DNA of 64,000 bases from Octopus sinensis. Taxonomy: Eukaryota. The notes beneath the pieces are model-generated. The model was not told the origin of the DNA and ran no database searches. It worked only from the letters and a program-made list of their open reading frames with translations. The translations under genes were made by a program, and so were the position numbers. Below are positions 26,285 through 37,925 of this stretch, piece after piece (positions within the stretch are counted from its first letter, which is position 1; each line of letters opens with the position of its first letter). The stretch spans positions 17,484,001-17,548,000 of the forward strand of contig NC_043020.1 of the NCBI RefSeq assembly GCF_006345805.1, in the 5' to 3' direction.

Positions 26285-26507
26285 TTTCTTTACTACCCAC
26301 AAGGGGCTAAACACAGAGGGGACAAACAAGGACAGATAAACAAATTAAGTCGATTACATCGATCCCAGTGCATAACTGGTACTTAATTTACCGACCCCGG
26401 AAGGATGAAAGCAAAGTCCACCTCGGCGAAATTTGAACTTGGAACGTAATGACAGACAAAATACGGCTACGCATTTCGCTCGGCGTGCTAACGTTTCTGC
26501 CAGCTTA
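26285..26507 (-). mobile_element. SINE family B monomer
   Basis: Flanked by a ~15-bp TSD agaatgaagagaata. Confidence 0.85.
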
Positions 26508-27790
26508 AGAATGAAGAGAATAGAGCCTGTGTGAGGTGTGAAGAGAAATGGGATGAAATGGTTGGGTCATGTGCTTACAATGAATGACAGTGACTGGGTA
26601 AGAGGGGTAATGGAAATGAATGTGGGAGGAAGCAGAGGAAGAGGAATGCTGAGTAAGACATGGCTATAGGTAATGGATGAGGAAATGAGGACAAGATATT
26701 GGCGAAAGAGAGGTGTAAATGATGGAGGAAAATAGAGAAGACTATCATGGAACCCAAAAGACTAACCTTTGCTTTAGCCAAGGAAATGGCCTTAAAACAC
26801 TCATGTCTACTGATTCTGCTCTTCACTAGCCTAACAGTAATGTTTCAAATTTTGGGTCTAAGCCAGCAGTTTAAGGGAGAGGGAATAAGTTGATTGCATT
26901 GACCCCTATGTTGTATTTTATTTTATTGACCCTGAAAGGATGAAAAGCAAAGTTCTCCTCAGCTTATTTGAACTCAGGCCTAAAAGAACTAAAAGAGACG
27001 CTGTTAAATGTTTTGTTTGTGCTAACAAGTCTACCATTTTGCTGCCTTATAATAATAATCCTTTCTACTGGAGACACAAAGCCTCAAAGTAGCAGGGAGG
27101 GGACTAGTCGATTACATCAACCCTCCCCCAGTGTTTCACTGGTACTTAATTTATCAACCCCAAAAGGATGAAAGACAAAGTCGACCTTTGTGGAATTTGA
27201 ACTCAGAATGTAGTGACAAGCAAAATACCACTAAGCATTTTGTCCAGCATACTAAAGATTCTGCCAGCTCACCACCTCAATTATAATAATCCTTTTTTAT
27301 TGTAGGCACAAGGCCTGAAATTTTGTGGGGGCAGGGGCTACTTGATTACATTGCCCCCCCCCCCCCCCCCCGTACTCGACTGGTACTTGTTTTATCAACC
27401 CCAGAAGGATGACAAGCAAAGTTGACCACTACAGAATTTGAATAATAACAACAACAGCAATAATAATATTTTCTAACCTAGGTTTAAGGTTGCCCATTCT
27501 TTTTTGAGGGTGGTGTTTAATTAAATATGTTGACTCCAATATTTTAATCAAGTACTAGAAAGTTGAAAGGAAAAGTTCACCTCAGTAGGTTTTGAAATCA
27601 GTGTACAGAGAACTAGAAGAAATGCTTCAAGACATTATATCTTGTATTTATATAAATGATGGAGAAATTATACAAGATGTTTCGATTATACACAGTTCGA
27701 TTACCTGTTGTTATCCATAGATTTATTGCAAGAACTTGTAATGGCGGTTGGGGTAACAGCATTATGAAATAGGAGATGGAATGTGTAACA

Positions 27791-27857
27791 GACTTTATTG
27801 GGTACAACACATGTTTCAACCTGTTCTGGGTCTCTTTGAGTACATCAATAAAATGTC
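27791..27857 (-). ncRNA. Degenerate minimal type I hammerhead ribozyme fold (Penelope-like element remnant)
   Basis: Minus strand reads GAC-ATTTTATTG-AT-GTAC-[TCAAAGA]-GACC-cagaaca-GGTT-GAAAC-ATGT-GTT-GTAC-C-CAATAAA-GTC. Stems I, II and III are in the right order, but the CUGANGA core is mutated. Confidence 0.5.
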
Positions 27858-28127
27858 TCACTAGGGATTTCTTGAGTCAGCTTACGTTTCACTATATGTC
27901 CATCAAATTCGAGAATGAGTAAAAACAGAAAAATTATTGAAACGCAAAAAAAAATCAAATATAAACATGGAAAGTATACATTCTAGTTTAGAGAAAATGA
28001 TGTAATGAACTTTCACTGTTGTAACTGTTAAGAGGAAGAAAAGGAAGTAGAAGTTGAAAGGAAGATAATACTTAGACGAAAATTTCTTTGTGTTCATGCT
28101 TAGATGCACATATACATACACAGATAC

Positions 28128-28164
<37 letters not shown>

Positions 28165-28989
28165 CTTTTCTTTTCTTTTTTCTTTTTTATTTGTTTCAGT
28201 CATTTGACTGCGGCCATGCTGGAGCACTGCCTTTAGTCGAGCCCAGTACTTATTCTATTGTAAGCCCAGTACTTATTCTATCGGTCTCTTTTGCCGAACC
28301 GCTAAGTGACGGGGACGTAAACACACCAGCATTGGTTGTCAAGCAATGCTAGGGGGACAAACACAGACACACAAACACACATACACACATATATATATAT
28401 ATACGACAGGCTTCTTTCAGTTTCCGTCTACCAAATCCACTCACAAGGCATTGGTCGGCCCGAGGCTATAGCAGAAGACACTTGCCCAAGATGCCACGCA
28501 GTGGGACTGAACCCGCAACCATGTGGTTGGTTAGCAAGCTACTTACCACACAGCCATTCCTGCGCCTATATACGCATATACACATACGTGCTCACACACA
28601 TCCAAGTATATGAGCATATACTTACAGCTAGATACATGTGACTACGCACATGCATGGACAAATATATACATATATATATAGGAACTCATATACACAGGTA
28701 CACATGTGTATATGTACATAGATATACGTACATAGTATATATAAATATGTGCATAGATTTGTATGTAAAGCAAGAACTAGACGTCTGTGCAAAGTTTGAC
28801 ACACACACACAACAAAGGAGAGAAAAATCAATAAATTAAGGGGCCTGAACAGCCACTATCAGTTTCTGCTGGTTGCTGTCAAGACATCGGGTGTTTTCAG
28901 ACCCTGTACTACCAATTTCTTCCACACAATAGAGACAGCAGTGACCAGTCAGAGAATTGGGACCAACTTCATGCAAGCATGAAGGCATG

Positions 28990-29138
28990 CTGGAAACTTG
29001 ACTGAGGAGAGAAGGCCACAAATGACCCCTCCTTGTTTTTTCCTGTCCATCTTTGTGTGTGTCAAACTTTGCACAGATGGACAGGAAAAAAACAAGGAGG
29101 CGTCATTTGTGGACTTCTCTCCTCAGTCAAGTTTCCAG
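28990..29138. other. Near-perfect inverted repeat (63/64-nt arms, 22-nt loop)
   Basis: Arms 28990-29052 and 29075-29138 differ by 2 mismatches and 1 indel. Confidence 0.95.
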
Positions 29139-29564
29139 AAAAGGAGGCAAGCTAATTGATTACATCAACCCCAGTACTTGACTGGTACTTTATTTTATAG
29201 ACCCCGAAAAGATGAAAGGCAAAGTTGACCTTGGCTGTATTTGAACTCTAAACATAAAGAGCTGAAAGAAATATTGCCAGCCCCTGGTGCCTCTAACACA
29301 AAAATAACCTCTCTCAATATCTTGATAATATTAACAATGAGAGTGTTTTATTTTCTTGTAAACCAATTTGTTTTTTTAATTGTTTTTACTGTTGTTGTTC
29401 CTGTTGTTGCTACTATTACAAGAGTCCATCTTTTTTCACCATTAATTGCATTTCTTCTGTTCAATTCTTTTGTGAAATAATTACAAGAAAGATGGAAACA
29501 ATGAAACAGTAATGAGAAACAATGGCACTGAAAATAGTGATAATGATAATAATGGTAAAATTAT

Positions 29565-29581
29565 TAATAATAATAATAATA

Positions 29582-29622
<41 letters not shown>

Positions 29623-29660
29623 CATCGTTGTTGTTGTTATTGTGTTGATGATGATGAGTA
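29565..29660. repeat. (AAT)n/(ATT)n microsatellite
   Basis: Seen directly. Confidence 0.95.
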
Positions 29661-30083
29661 TTATGATGAACAATAAACATCAATAAAATGTGTTAATGGC
29701 TGCTTTGTTGAAGAACAATAATCATTAATAAAGTATTGTTTTACTTTCACTTTAGTTATTAGTATCTCTCTTTTCCTCTCCTTTCTCTCTCTCCCTAAGT
29801 ATGTGTGTGTATATATAAATCGTCATCATCAGCTGCAGCAACATTTAACATCCATTTTCTATGCTGACATGTGTTGGATAGTTTCACATGAGCTGAGAAG
29901 GCTGGGAGTCACTCCAGGCTCCATTGTCTGCTCCAGCTTGGTTTCCACAGCTAGACACACTTCATATTACCAACCATGTCACAGAGTGCACTGGGTGTTT
30001 TTTACGTGACACCATCACTTTTTACACGATACCATCACCAGTGCTTTTTATGTGACACCAGCACCAATGCTTTTTATATAGTT

Positions 30084-30469
30084 ACTAGCAGTATCGCCCG
30101 GCGTTGCTCAGGTTTGTAAGGGAAATAACTATAAAGCATTTTTAGAGAGTTATAGCCAAAAAATAGCCAAAAAATGGAAAAAAAATGATGGTAAATTTTT
30201 TTTTAGAGTTAAAAAAGGTGGAGTTGCGTCCCCTAGACGGTCTGTGGTTTGGGTTTCTGATTCTCGACCCCATGTCGAATTTATCGATTTTTTTCAGAAC
30301 TGGGGGAACTTTTCAAAATTTTCGCTGCGTTAGTTTTGAATTATGACATTGGGCTATGTGTGTGTCAAGTTTCATCAGAATCGGTTGAAAGCCGTGGTCA
30401 GAGTGAGGGTACGAGAAAACAGACACACAGAAAACGCACAGACAAACTGCCGTTTATATAGAGAGAGAT
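30084..30469 (+). mobile_element. Helentron-associated non-autonomous element (HINE/DINE-1-like)
   Basis: It starts actagcag.. with a short palindrome cgcc-c-ggcg. It has a cagacac/cagaca simple repeat near the 3' end, an inverted actgcc subterminal motif and a tttatatagagagagat terminus. No TSD is seen and it is CpG-rich. Confidence 0.6.
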
Positions 30470-30758
30470 ATAGGCACAGGCATGGCTATAGGCACAGGTG
30501 TGCCTATAGGCTCAGGCATGGCTAGCTATGTGGTTAACACATTCACTTCCCAACCACTTGATATCTATATAGTGCCATCTTGTGGTGATTTCAGGCATTT
30601 TGATAAAGTTAATTCCATCACCACCACTGTTACTACCACAGCTATTAATCACTAACATCCACTACCTCAACCATTAGCCACCATTACCACCTTCACTTCA
30701 ACTGCTAGTCATAGTGTCTTAATCACTAACTACCACCACCACCACCATCCTAAGTACC

Positions 30759-30990
30759 TATTTCTTTATTACCCATAAGGGGCTAAACATAGAGGGAACA
30801 AACAAGGACAGACATAGGTATTAAGTCGATTACATCGACCCCAGTGTGTAACTGGTACTTAATTTATTGACCCCGAAAGGATGAAAGGCAAAGTCGACCT
30901 CGGCAGAATTTGAACTCACAACGTAACGGCAACCGAAATACCGCTAAGCATTTCGCCCGACGTGCTAACGTTTCTGCCAGCTCGCCGCCT
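30759..30990 (-). mobile_element. SINE family B, full length
   Basis: 18-bp duplication accaccatcctaagtacc at 30741-30758 and 30995-31012. Confidence 0.9.
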
Positions 30991-31087
30991 TAGTACCACC
31001 ATCCTAAGTACCATCACCATCTTCTCTGTAACCTACATTGATTAAATGAGAAAGCTAATTTAACAAGTTGTGGTGAGTGTGGAGTCA

Positions 31088-32115
31088 CCCTTAATTATTA
31101 TTAATCCCAGGTCCTTTCTGATCTGGAACAGCAGTATCTGTCAGGGTCTCATCTTAGGGTTAAATAACTTTTTCTAAGGATAGATTGAGTCCCTTAGCTG
31201 CACTGAAAGCAATCACCCTCTTCCAAAATTCCCTAACACAGCAAAGAAGAATATGGCTGATGAAACTAATATGAGGTATGTCCAATAACATAGGTTCATT
31301 CATACTATGGGGGCAACTACTTCAGGTATGGCATAAAACTGCATTCAGTGGTGATGGTCCAGTTAGTGAGTTCTGGAGTTGTGGGGGGATCATGGGTCAT
31401 CCCTTAATTACCTATTTCTTTACTACCCACAAGGGGCTAAACACAGAGAGGACAGACAAACAGATTAAGTCAATTATATCGACCCCAGTGCGTAACTGGT
31501 ACTTATTTAATCGACCCCGAAATGATGAAAGGCAAAGTCGACCTCGGCAGAATTTGAACTCAGAACGTAACGGCAGATGAAATACGGCTACGCATTTCGC
31601 CCGGCGTGCTAACGATTCTGCCAGCTCGCCGCCTTAATTACCATTACTCCCAGGTCTGTTCTGACCAGGGCTGGAATAGATTTTTTTTCTTTAGGGTAGA
31701 TTGAGTTCCTTAGCTTCAGTGGAAGCAATCTGAGAGAAGGAAGCTCCTAAATTGATATCCTCTCCCAACATTCCTTAAGCCAGCACAAAAGAATATGACT
31801 GATGGAACTAACATGTGGTATGTCCTATAATATAGATACATACTATGAAGGCAACTACTTTGTGTATGACATAAAACTGCATCTGGTGGTGAAGATTCAA
31901 TTAGAGAGTTCTGGGTTTGTGGGGATCATGGAGTCATCCCTTAATTACCATTCTGACCCAGAATGATATCTGTCAGAGTCTCATCTATGTGTTAAATAAA
32001 TTTTTCTAAGGGTAGATTGAATTCCTTAATTGCTGTGAAAGCAATCAATCTAGGAGAAGGAAAACTCCAAAATTAAAAACCTCTTCCAACATATACCCTA
32101 AGCCAGCATGGAAGA
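31088..32115. repeat. Diverged ~315-bp tandem repeat (about 2.5 units), interrupted by SINE B at 31413-31634
   Basis: ccttaattac...tagattga.t.cctta...aagcaatc recurs at ~31090, ~31635 and ~31940. The SINE has TSD ttaattacc. Confidence 0.8.
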
Positions 32116-32116
32116 G

Positions 32117-32671
32117 TATAAGATCTCATCAGAAAGTATCAAGACTGTTGCTATGGTAACAGAGCTAAAATACACAGTGTGAAGCCACTTGGCACAGATT
32201 GACCTTGAAATCTGTTTCATATGCACACTGATATAATGTTCTTGCGCTCTTGTATTGTTTATAGCAGTGTTTGGAAGTAGAGCATGGTCATCTCAAAAAG
32301 ATCAAGCCTCGGCTGTACAAGACCTCCTTGGTTATGTCAAGGAAGATGAAAACATTTTGAAATAGTCATAGCAGGTGGCTAATTATGGGTCTATGGCAAT
32401 GACCCTGAAACTCAGGCTCTGCCTTCGTAATAGAAGGCACCCAACAAGATTTCAAGAAGTCTAGGAAATTCAGGAGAATGTGATGAGGCAGCTGCTGGTT
32501 ATCGCAAAAGTGGAGTTCCAGGAATTCTTGCATCAATGGAAGCAATGCTGGATTAAGTGTGTGGCTTCAGAAGGGGGCTACACCGAAGGAGATTAAATGC
32601 TGAATTGATATGCATTGTGTTAATTTTCTATTTATTGCATCAGTCCCAATGCATTTTAGTCAGACCTTGTA
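32117..32671 (+). mobile_element. Internally deleted mariner transposon
   Basis: It has imperfect ~31-bp TIRs bounded by TA. 32440-32597 translates to ..EIQENVMRQLLVIAKVEFQEFLHQWKQCWIKCVASEGGYTEGD*, the typical mariner transposase C-terminus. Confidence 0.8.
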
Positions 32672-33551
32672 CATGTGTGTGTGTGTGTATAGTTAACTCG
32701 AGGAAGTTAAGTCCTCATTAGGGATTATATAATCCAAGGTATTCCACTGGTTCAATCCATATCATAAAAAAAATATAATGATCACCAAAGTGGAGTCAGC
32801 TCTTTTTGAACCTTGAAGAAGTTCAACCATGAAATAAAAATAGTATGAATGTGGCAATTTCCTTAACACTAAACATGTTTTGGAGATTCCCATCAACTTT
32901 TTGGTTTGACAGAAACATATATGTAGGTTCTTATGTTATTTTCTTAACTTTTTTGAGCTTCAACTTCTAATTTTTTATTTGTAATGTTTTTTTTTAAATG
33001 TCATCTTTCTGCAACATGCAAATAAATCAGTAACTACAGTAATTACATCCATTTATTCTCCATTTCCTTTCCCTTGATATTATATATATATATATATATA
33101 TATCAGCAACAATTTAGATTCAAATGAATATGGTACTTAATTTAGATGCACCAGAATTTTGTATGGTGTTACCTATAAAAATATGCGGGGTGATTATAAT
33201 CAAAATTAAGCAACAAGAATGATTCCGGTAATTTAGTACAATTGTTTCATACTACATTTTATTAAAAGCTGTAAATATTACAGCAGATTTAAGATGCTGA
33301 GTAATCTTCAGCTAATTTATATAGGTTTTCCAATAATATAAAAGTTTTCAGATCAAGTAATAACATCTTAGGGAAGGTAAATATACAGATAAAGATGTAG
33401 ATATGAATTTTAGGAACATGAGGATGTGTGGTTCAGATGCCAACTGACCAAAACTCTGCTTGTAACTGAATTGCTGTAAGAAATTTCTTTAGTCATAAGG
33501 ATCAGGGCAAGGGAAGGCAAGGAATTCAAGCCAGCTGTAGAAAGAGGAGGA

Positions 33552-33591
<40 letters not shown>

Positions 33592-34488
33592 TTACATACA
33601 TATCCTCATTTAACATCCATGGGTTGGCCGGTTTGACAGAAGCTAACCAACTGAAAAGCTGTTCAGGTTCCATGTCTGTTTTGGTGTGGTTTCTGTGGCT
33701 GGGTGCCCTTCCTAATGCCAACCACTTTACAGAGTGTACTTGGTGCTTTTACATAGCACCAGCACAGGTGATTTTTATGTGGCACCAGCACTTACAAGCC
33801 CACAAGATTAGGGATGCTCAGCTGGAGAGGGTTGCAAAGGGACAAGCCTGTTTACAAGGGCAACCACACAGTATTTCATCAGTCTTAGGCATGCACACAC
33901 ACACACACACACACAATCACAAAACAAGTTTTTTACTTTCCATCTATCAGATCCACTCATAAAGCTTTAGTCAATCTGAGATTATAGTAGAAAACACTTG
34001 CCCAAGGTGCTACACAGTGGGACTGAACCCAAAACCATGTGGTTGAGAAGCAGACCTCCTAACCACATTGCCATGTCTGCATCTATGTTTGCCGATGTGT
34101 GTGTATATGTATGTATACATACACACACATGTATGCACAAAAACTATACATGCAGATAATTGCTCATAAACAGCTGCCAAATTTTTCTTTTATCACCTAA
34201 TATTGTCTTAAGAAGAAAATCATTTTAAATTATATAATCTGTGCTGTATAGATTTTATTTAAATAAAGGTTGTGTTGGTCACAGCTGGGACCGCTTTGAT
34301 CATATGCCTGATAATTTAAAATATGGTTTTCTTCAACACAATAGACACCTTCCCTTACCTTCTTTCCCTTCCCCAGAATCTATTAAAAACTCTTTGTTCC
34401 TGTACATTATATAATTCTAATGTTTCTTTATTTCTGTCTTCATTAGAATGTCATCCGTTATGGTGCGGCATTTCTTCTTTATTCCATA

Positions 34489-36859
34489 ATGCTGTTCTTC
34501 TGGAAGTGGAATCGTAAACTCAAGCCGACATTTGTTACCCTGATATGCATTGGCGTTCTGCTTTTGTTACGTAACTTGGCATTTGACAACAGCATCTACA
34601 AGAGCATTACCCTACAGCAGAAAAAAGAATACCAGTTATTCTCGTCTTTCTATCGAATACGAGATAGGTTTAAGAATCCATTTCAGAGATCTGCACTTCG
34701 GCTAAATGACCTTGTTGTTTCCACCATACCAAATAAGACCGTTCAATCAAAGAACATTGTCTGCCAACATCCAAAGCTGGATTTGCAGAGCGACACAAAC
34801 AAAAATGCCTTCTATGATGTTGGATCTATTCAATGTTTTGGTTCTGAGATTTTCAGTATGGAAAATGGTAAGTTAAAAATGGACAGCGCTTTACTTCATG
34901 GAGACCGTATCAAGCAGTGTACGTATCAGGCTATAGAACGCATTGATGATAACTATGCCACTTATACTGCACCCATTGGTGGTGATAATGTCAACTATCC
35001 TTTCAACATTGTTGTACAGCATGATTTCATCAGAGTTCAATGCTTCATTGAAACAAAGGATGTAGTCTTAGATTCTACAAGACATCTGTTATCTCTCTCT
35101 TCTAGACAAAAAAGTAATGTTAACTCTGAAGATAAACTTCATTACAAAAAACTGGTATTAAATGCTAATAGAATTTTGAGATATAGAGATGTTGCAGACC
35201 AATCTGAAACCACAAAAGTGTCAAAGATTACCAAAGGTGATAAAGATATCAGAAAAAGACCTTTCACAGACAAAGAAGTTCACAAAGGTAGCCTTTTGAA
35301 TAATGGTTTAAAATTTCATAGAAATAATCCTCAAAAGCTAGGCAACAAAATGGTACGTTCCTCTTTTAAAACAAGTGATGATAATTTTGATCCGATGATG
35401 AAATATGGTGTGAAAGCTCTCGGTCAATACCAAAACAGAAATAAGCCTAGTTTATTACGATCTACCAATCAAAGAAGTAAAAGGAACAACTACAAAAAAT
35501 TAGGAAATTTTCCATCAGGGAAAGTAAATAATTTAACATCAGGTATATCTTTAAAAGTAGCTTTTAATTCCTCTAATAAGAGTTATAAAAACAACCATAT
35601 TGCTTCTATGAAGTCTAAATTTACGGATAAATTCCGACACAGTCTCAATTCTGTTTTCAACGGTGCTTTATATCAAGACAAAAATGGTTCATTTTTAGCC
35701 AATATCACTGCACAAAACGTGAAGAAAATTATTCATCAAAATGCCCATTCTTCACTTAAACTGCCAAGCAATATAAATATATTTAATTCAAATAGTTCAG
35801 GAAAGTATAAAAGAATTCCAAAGAAACTTACATATCCAAGCAATAATCTTTTTATACAAAACCAACAAAGCAATCATTCCAAAGGCATCAGCCGATTTCT
35901 CAAAACTCCGGATGTTGTTAAATCTTTACAGATTGACATGAAAAATCACTATGATCCACGGAAAAGAAGCAACAGGATCATTGCGAAAACTAAACAGAAA
36001 CATCTGCCCTCAAAGAAGAGATCTATAAATGGCGTAATTTCTTCTTCAAATGGTTCTATCTTGCCAAAATCTAAACCTTCAGACAGTTCTGCCAACCATC
36101 AGTCTTTACCCCAAAGTAATGAATCAGAAATTCCTCAACTGATGCTCCTCCCCACTATTTCCAAATTGAATTCTCTGATCTACCCAGAAAACCAAATTCA
36201 AGTCAAAGCCAAACCAAAACCCAAACTCCAAGAAAAAGATGTAGTAAATGTAAAATTTTTGAATTCTTCTCCAATGAAACCTAGAAGCCAGTCTCATCCA
36301 AATATCAAAACAGTTCATAATCAACTTAGCTCACACCCAATGATCCAAATACTGAGACCAAAAGATACTTTTAAAAAATACCCATATACAACAAAATCTA
36401 AAATCCTGCCAAATAATCTTCAGATTGTTCCACCAAAACTTGAGAAACCTAAAAGAAAAACTGAGAAGGAAAAGAAATCACACATTTTCCATAACTTCGA
36501 TATTGAAGATATGACTGATACCTTGTACTATGATAATTCCAAAGAAACCTACTTAAATCTTCCACCCGAACAATATGGTATTTACAACCAACTTCCAGAT
36601 ATTGAACAGTTCTTTGTTCAAATCTATCCAAAACCTGAGGTATTTCAACGTATTTCAGACATCCCTCAGTTTGTGCATTTGAACACAATTCCTCTGAATA
36701 TTCTCATCTATGGACTGGATTCTTTATCTCACTTGTCTTTCCAACGTAAACTACCATTGTCTTATAAACATCTGAAAGACTCTCTCGGAGCAGTCATAAT
36801 GAATGGTTACAATATTGTTGGAGATGCTACAGCGGCTGCAATAATTCCATTGCTCACTG
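34489..36859 (+). CDS. DUF229 family (alkaline phosphatase/sulfatase-superfamily) type II membrane protein, coding exon 1
   Basis: 790 codons + 1 nt. It has an N-terminal TM segment (FVTLICIGVLLLL), a Cys region (CQHPKL..C..C..VQC), and LNILIYGLDSLSHLSFQRKLP and GYNIVGDAT..PLLTG motifs typical of DUF229. Donor is G|GTAAGT at 36859/36860; likely acceptor is ttcattag| at 34446/34447. Confidence 0.9.
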
Positions 36860-36909
36860 GTAAGTAGACCCCCCTCTTTTTGCTTTACTTTTTTCTACAT
36901 TATAACTAA

Positions 36910-37315
36910 GGCATAGGAGTGGCTGTGTGGTAAGTAACTTGCTTACGAACCACATGGTTCCGGGTTCAATCCCACTGCATGGCACCTTGGGTAAGTGTCT
37001 TCTACTATAGCCTCGGGCCGACCAAAGCCTTGTGAGTGGATTTGGTAGACGGAAACTGAAAGAAGCCCGTTGTATATATGTATATATATATATATATTTG
37101 TGTGTGTGTGTGCGTGTCTGTGTTTGTCCCTCCAACATCGCTTGACAACCGATGCTGGTGTGTTTACGTCCCCGTAACTTAGCGGTTCGGCAAAAAAGAG
37201 ACCAATAAAATAAGTACTAGTACTATTTCAAAGAATAAGTCCTGGGGTCGATTTGCTCGACTAAAGGCGGTGCTCCAGTATGGCCACAGTCATGACTGAA
37301 ACAAGTAAAAGAGTA
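36910..37315 (+). mobile_element. SINE family A (intron 1)
   Basis: Full copy. Another lies at 38644-39063. Confidence 0.88.
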
Positions 37316-37379
37316 ATAGCTCTATTATCATTTCCTTCTTTCTCTTCTATTTAGGCAGGGTTATCTGCTCAGCTTCTGA

Positions 37380-37925
37380 AGGCACATGGCTTAGTGGTTA
37401 GGGGCATTCGGCTAATGATCGTAAGGTCATGAGTTCAATTCCCAGCGGCACACTGTGTCCTTGAGCACGACACTCTATCTCACTTTGCTCCAGTCCACTC
37501 AGCTGGCAAAAATGAGTAGCACCTGTTTCAAAGGGCCAGCCTTATCACACTGTGTGACACGTTGATTCTCCTTGAGAACTATATTAACCCTTTTGATACC
37601 AACCCGGCTGAAACTGGCTCTAGCTCTGTAGTACAAATGTCTTGTTTTCATAAGTTTTAATCAAAATCTTCCACCAAATCTTAGTCACAATTTATGTTCC
37701 TAACACCAGCTTAATGATAACTAAGTTATTTTACAAAATTCTTTGTTATATCTAAAATAATTGAAAGAAACACAGAGCATCCCAAAATAAATACAGTAAC
37801 GAAAGGGTTAAGGGTACACGTGTCTGTGAAGACCCAGTCACATGCACATTAATTTCACAAGCAGGCTGTTCTGTTGATCAGATCATCTGGAACCCTCATC
37901 TCTGTAACTGACGGAGTGCCAGTAA
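37380..37925 (+). mobile_element. tRNA-derived SINE sharing the family C 3' half, split by a piggyBac MITE
   Basis: The head is ggcacatggcttagtggttagg. The tail matches 17480-17665 and resumes after the MITE. Confidence 0.75.
37588..37807 (+). mobile_element. piggyBac MITE family 1 (220 bp), nested in a SINE
   Basis: TTAA at 37584-37587 and 37808-37811. Confidence 0.9.

Noticed and set aside
28836-29021. 61-aa Cys-containing minus-strand ORF next to the hairpin
   Set aside because: It is short, with no recognisable domain pattern and no supporting splice sites identified.
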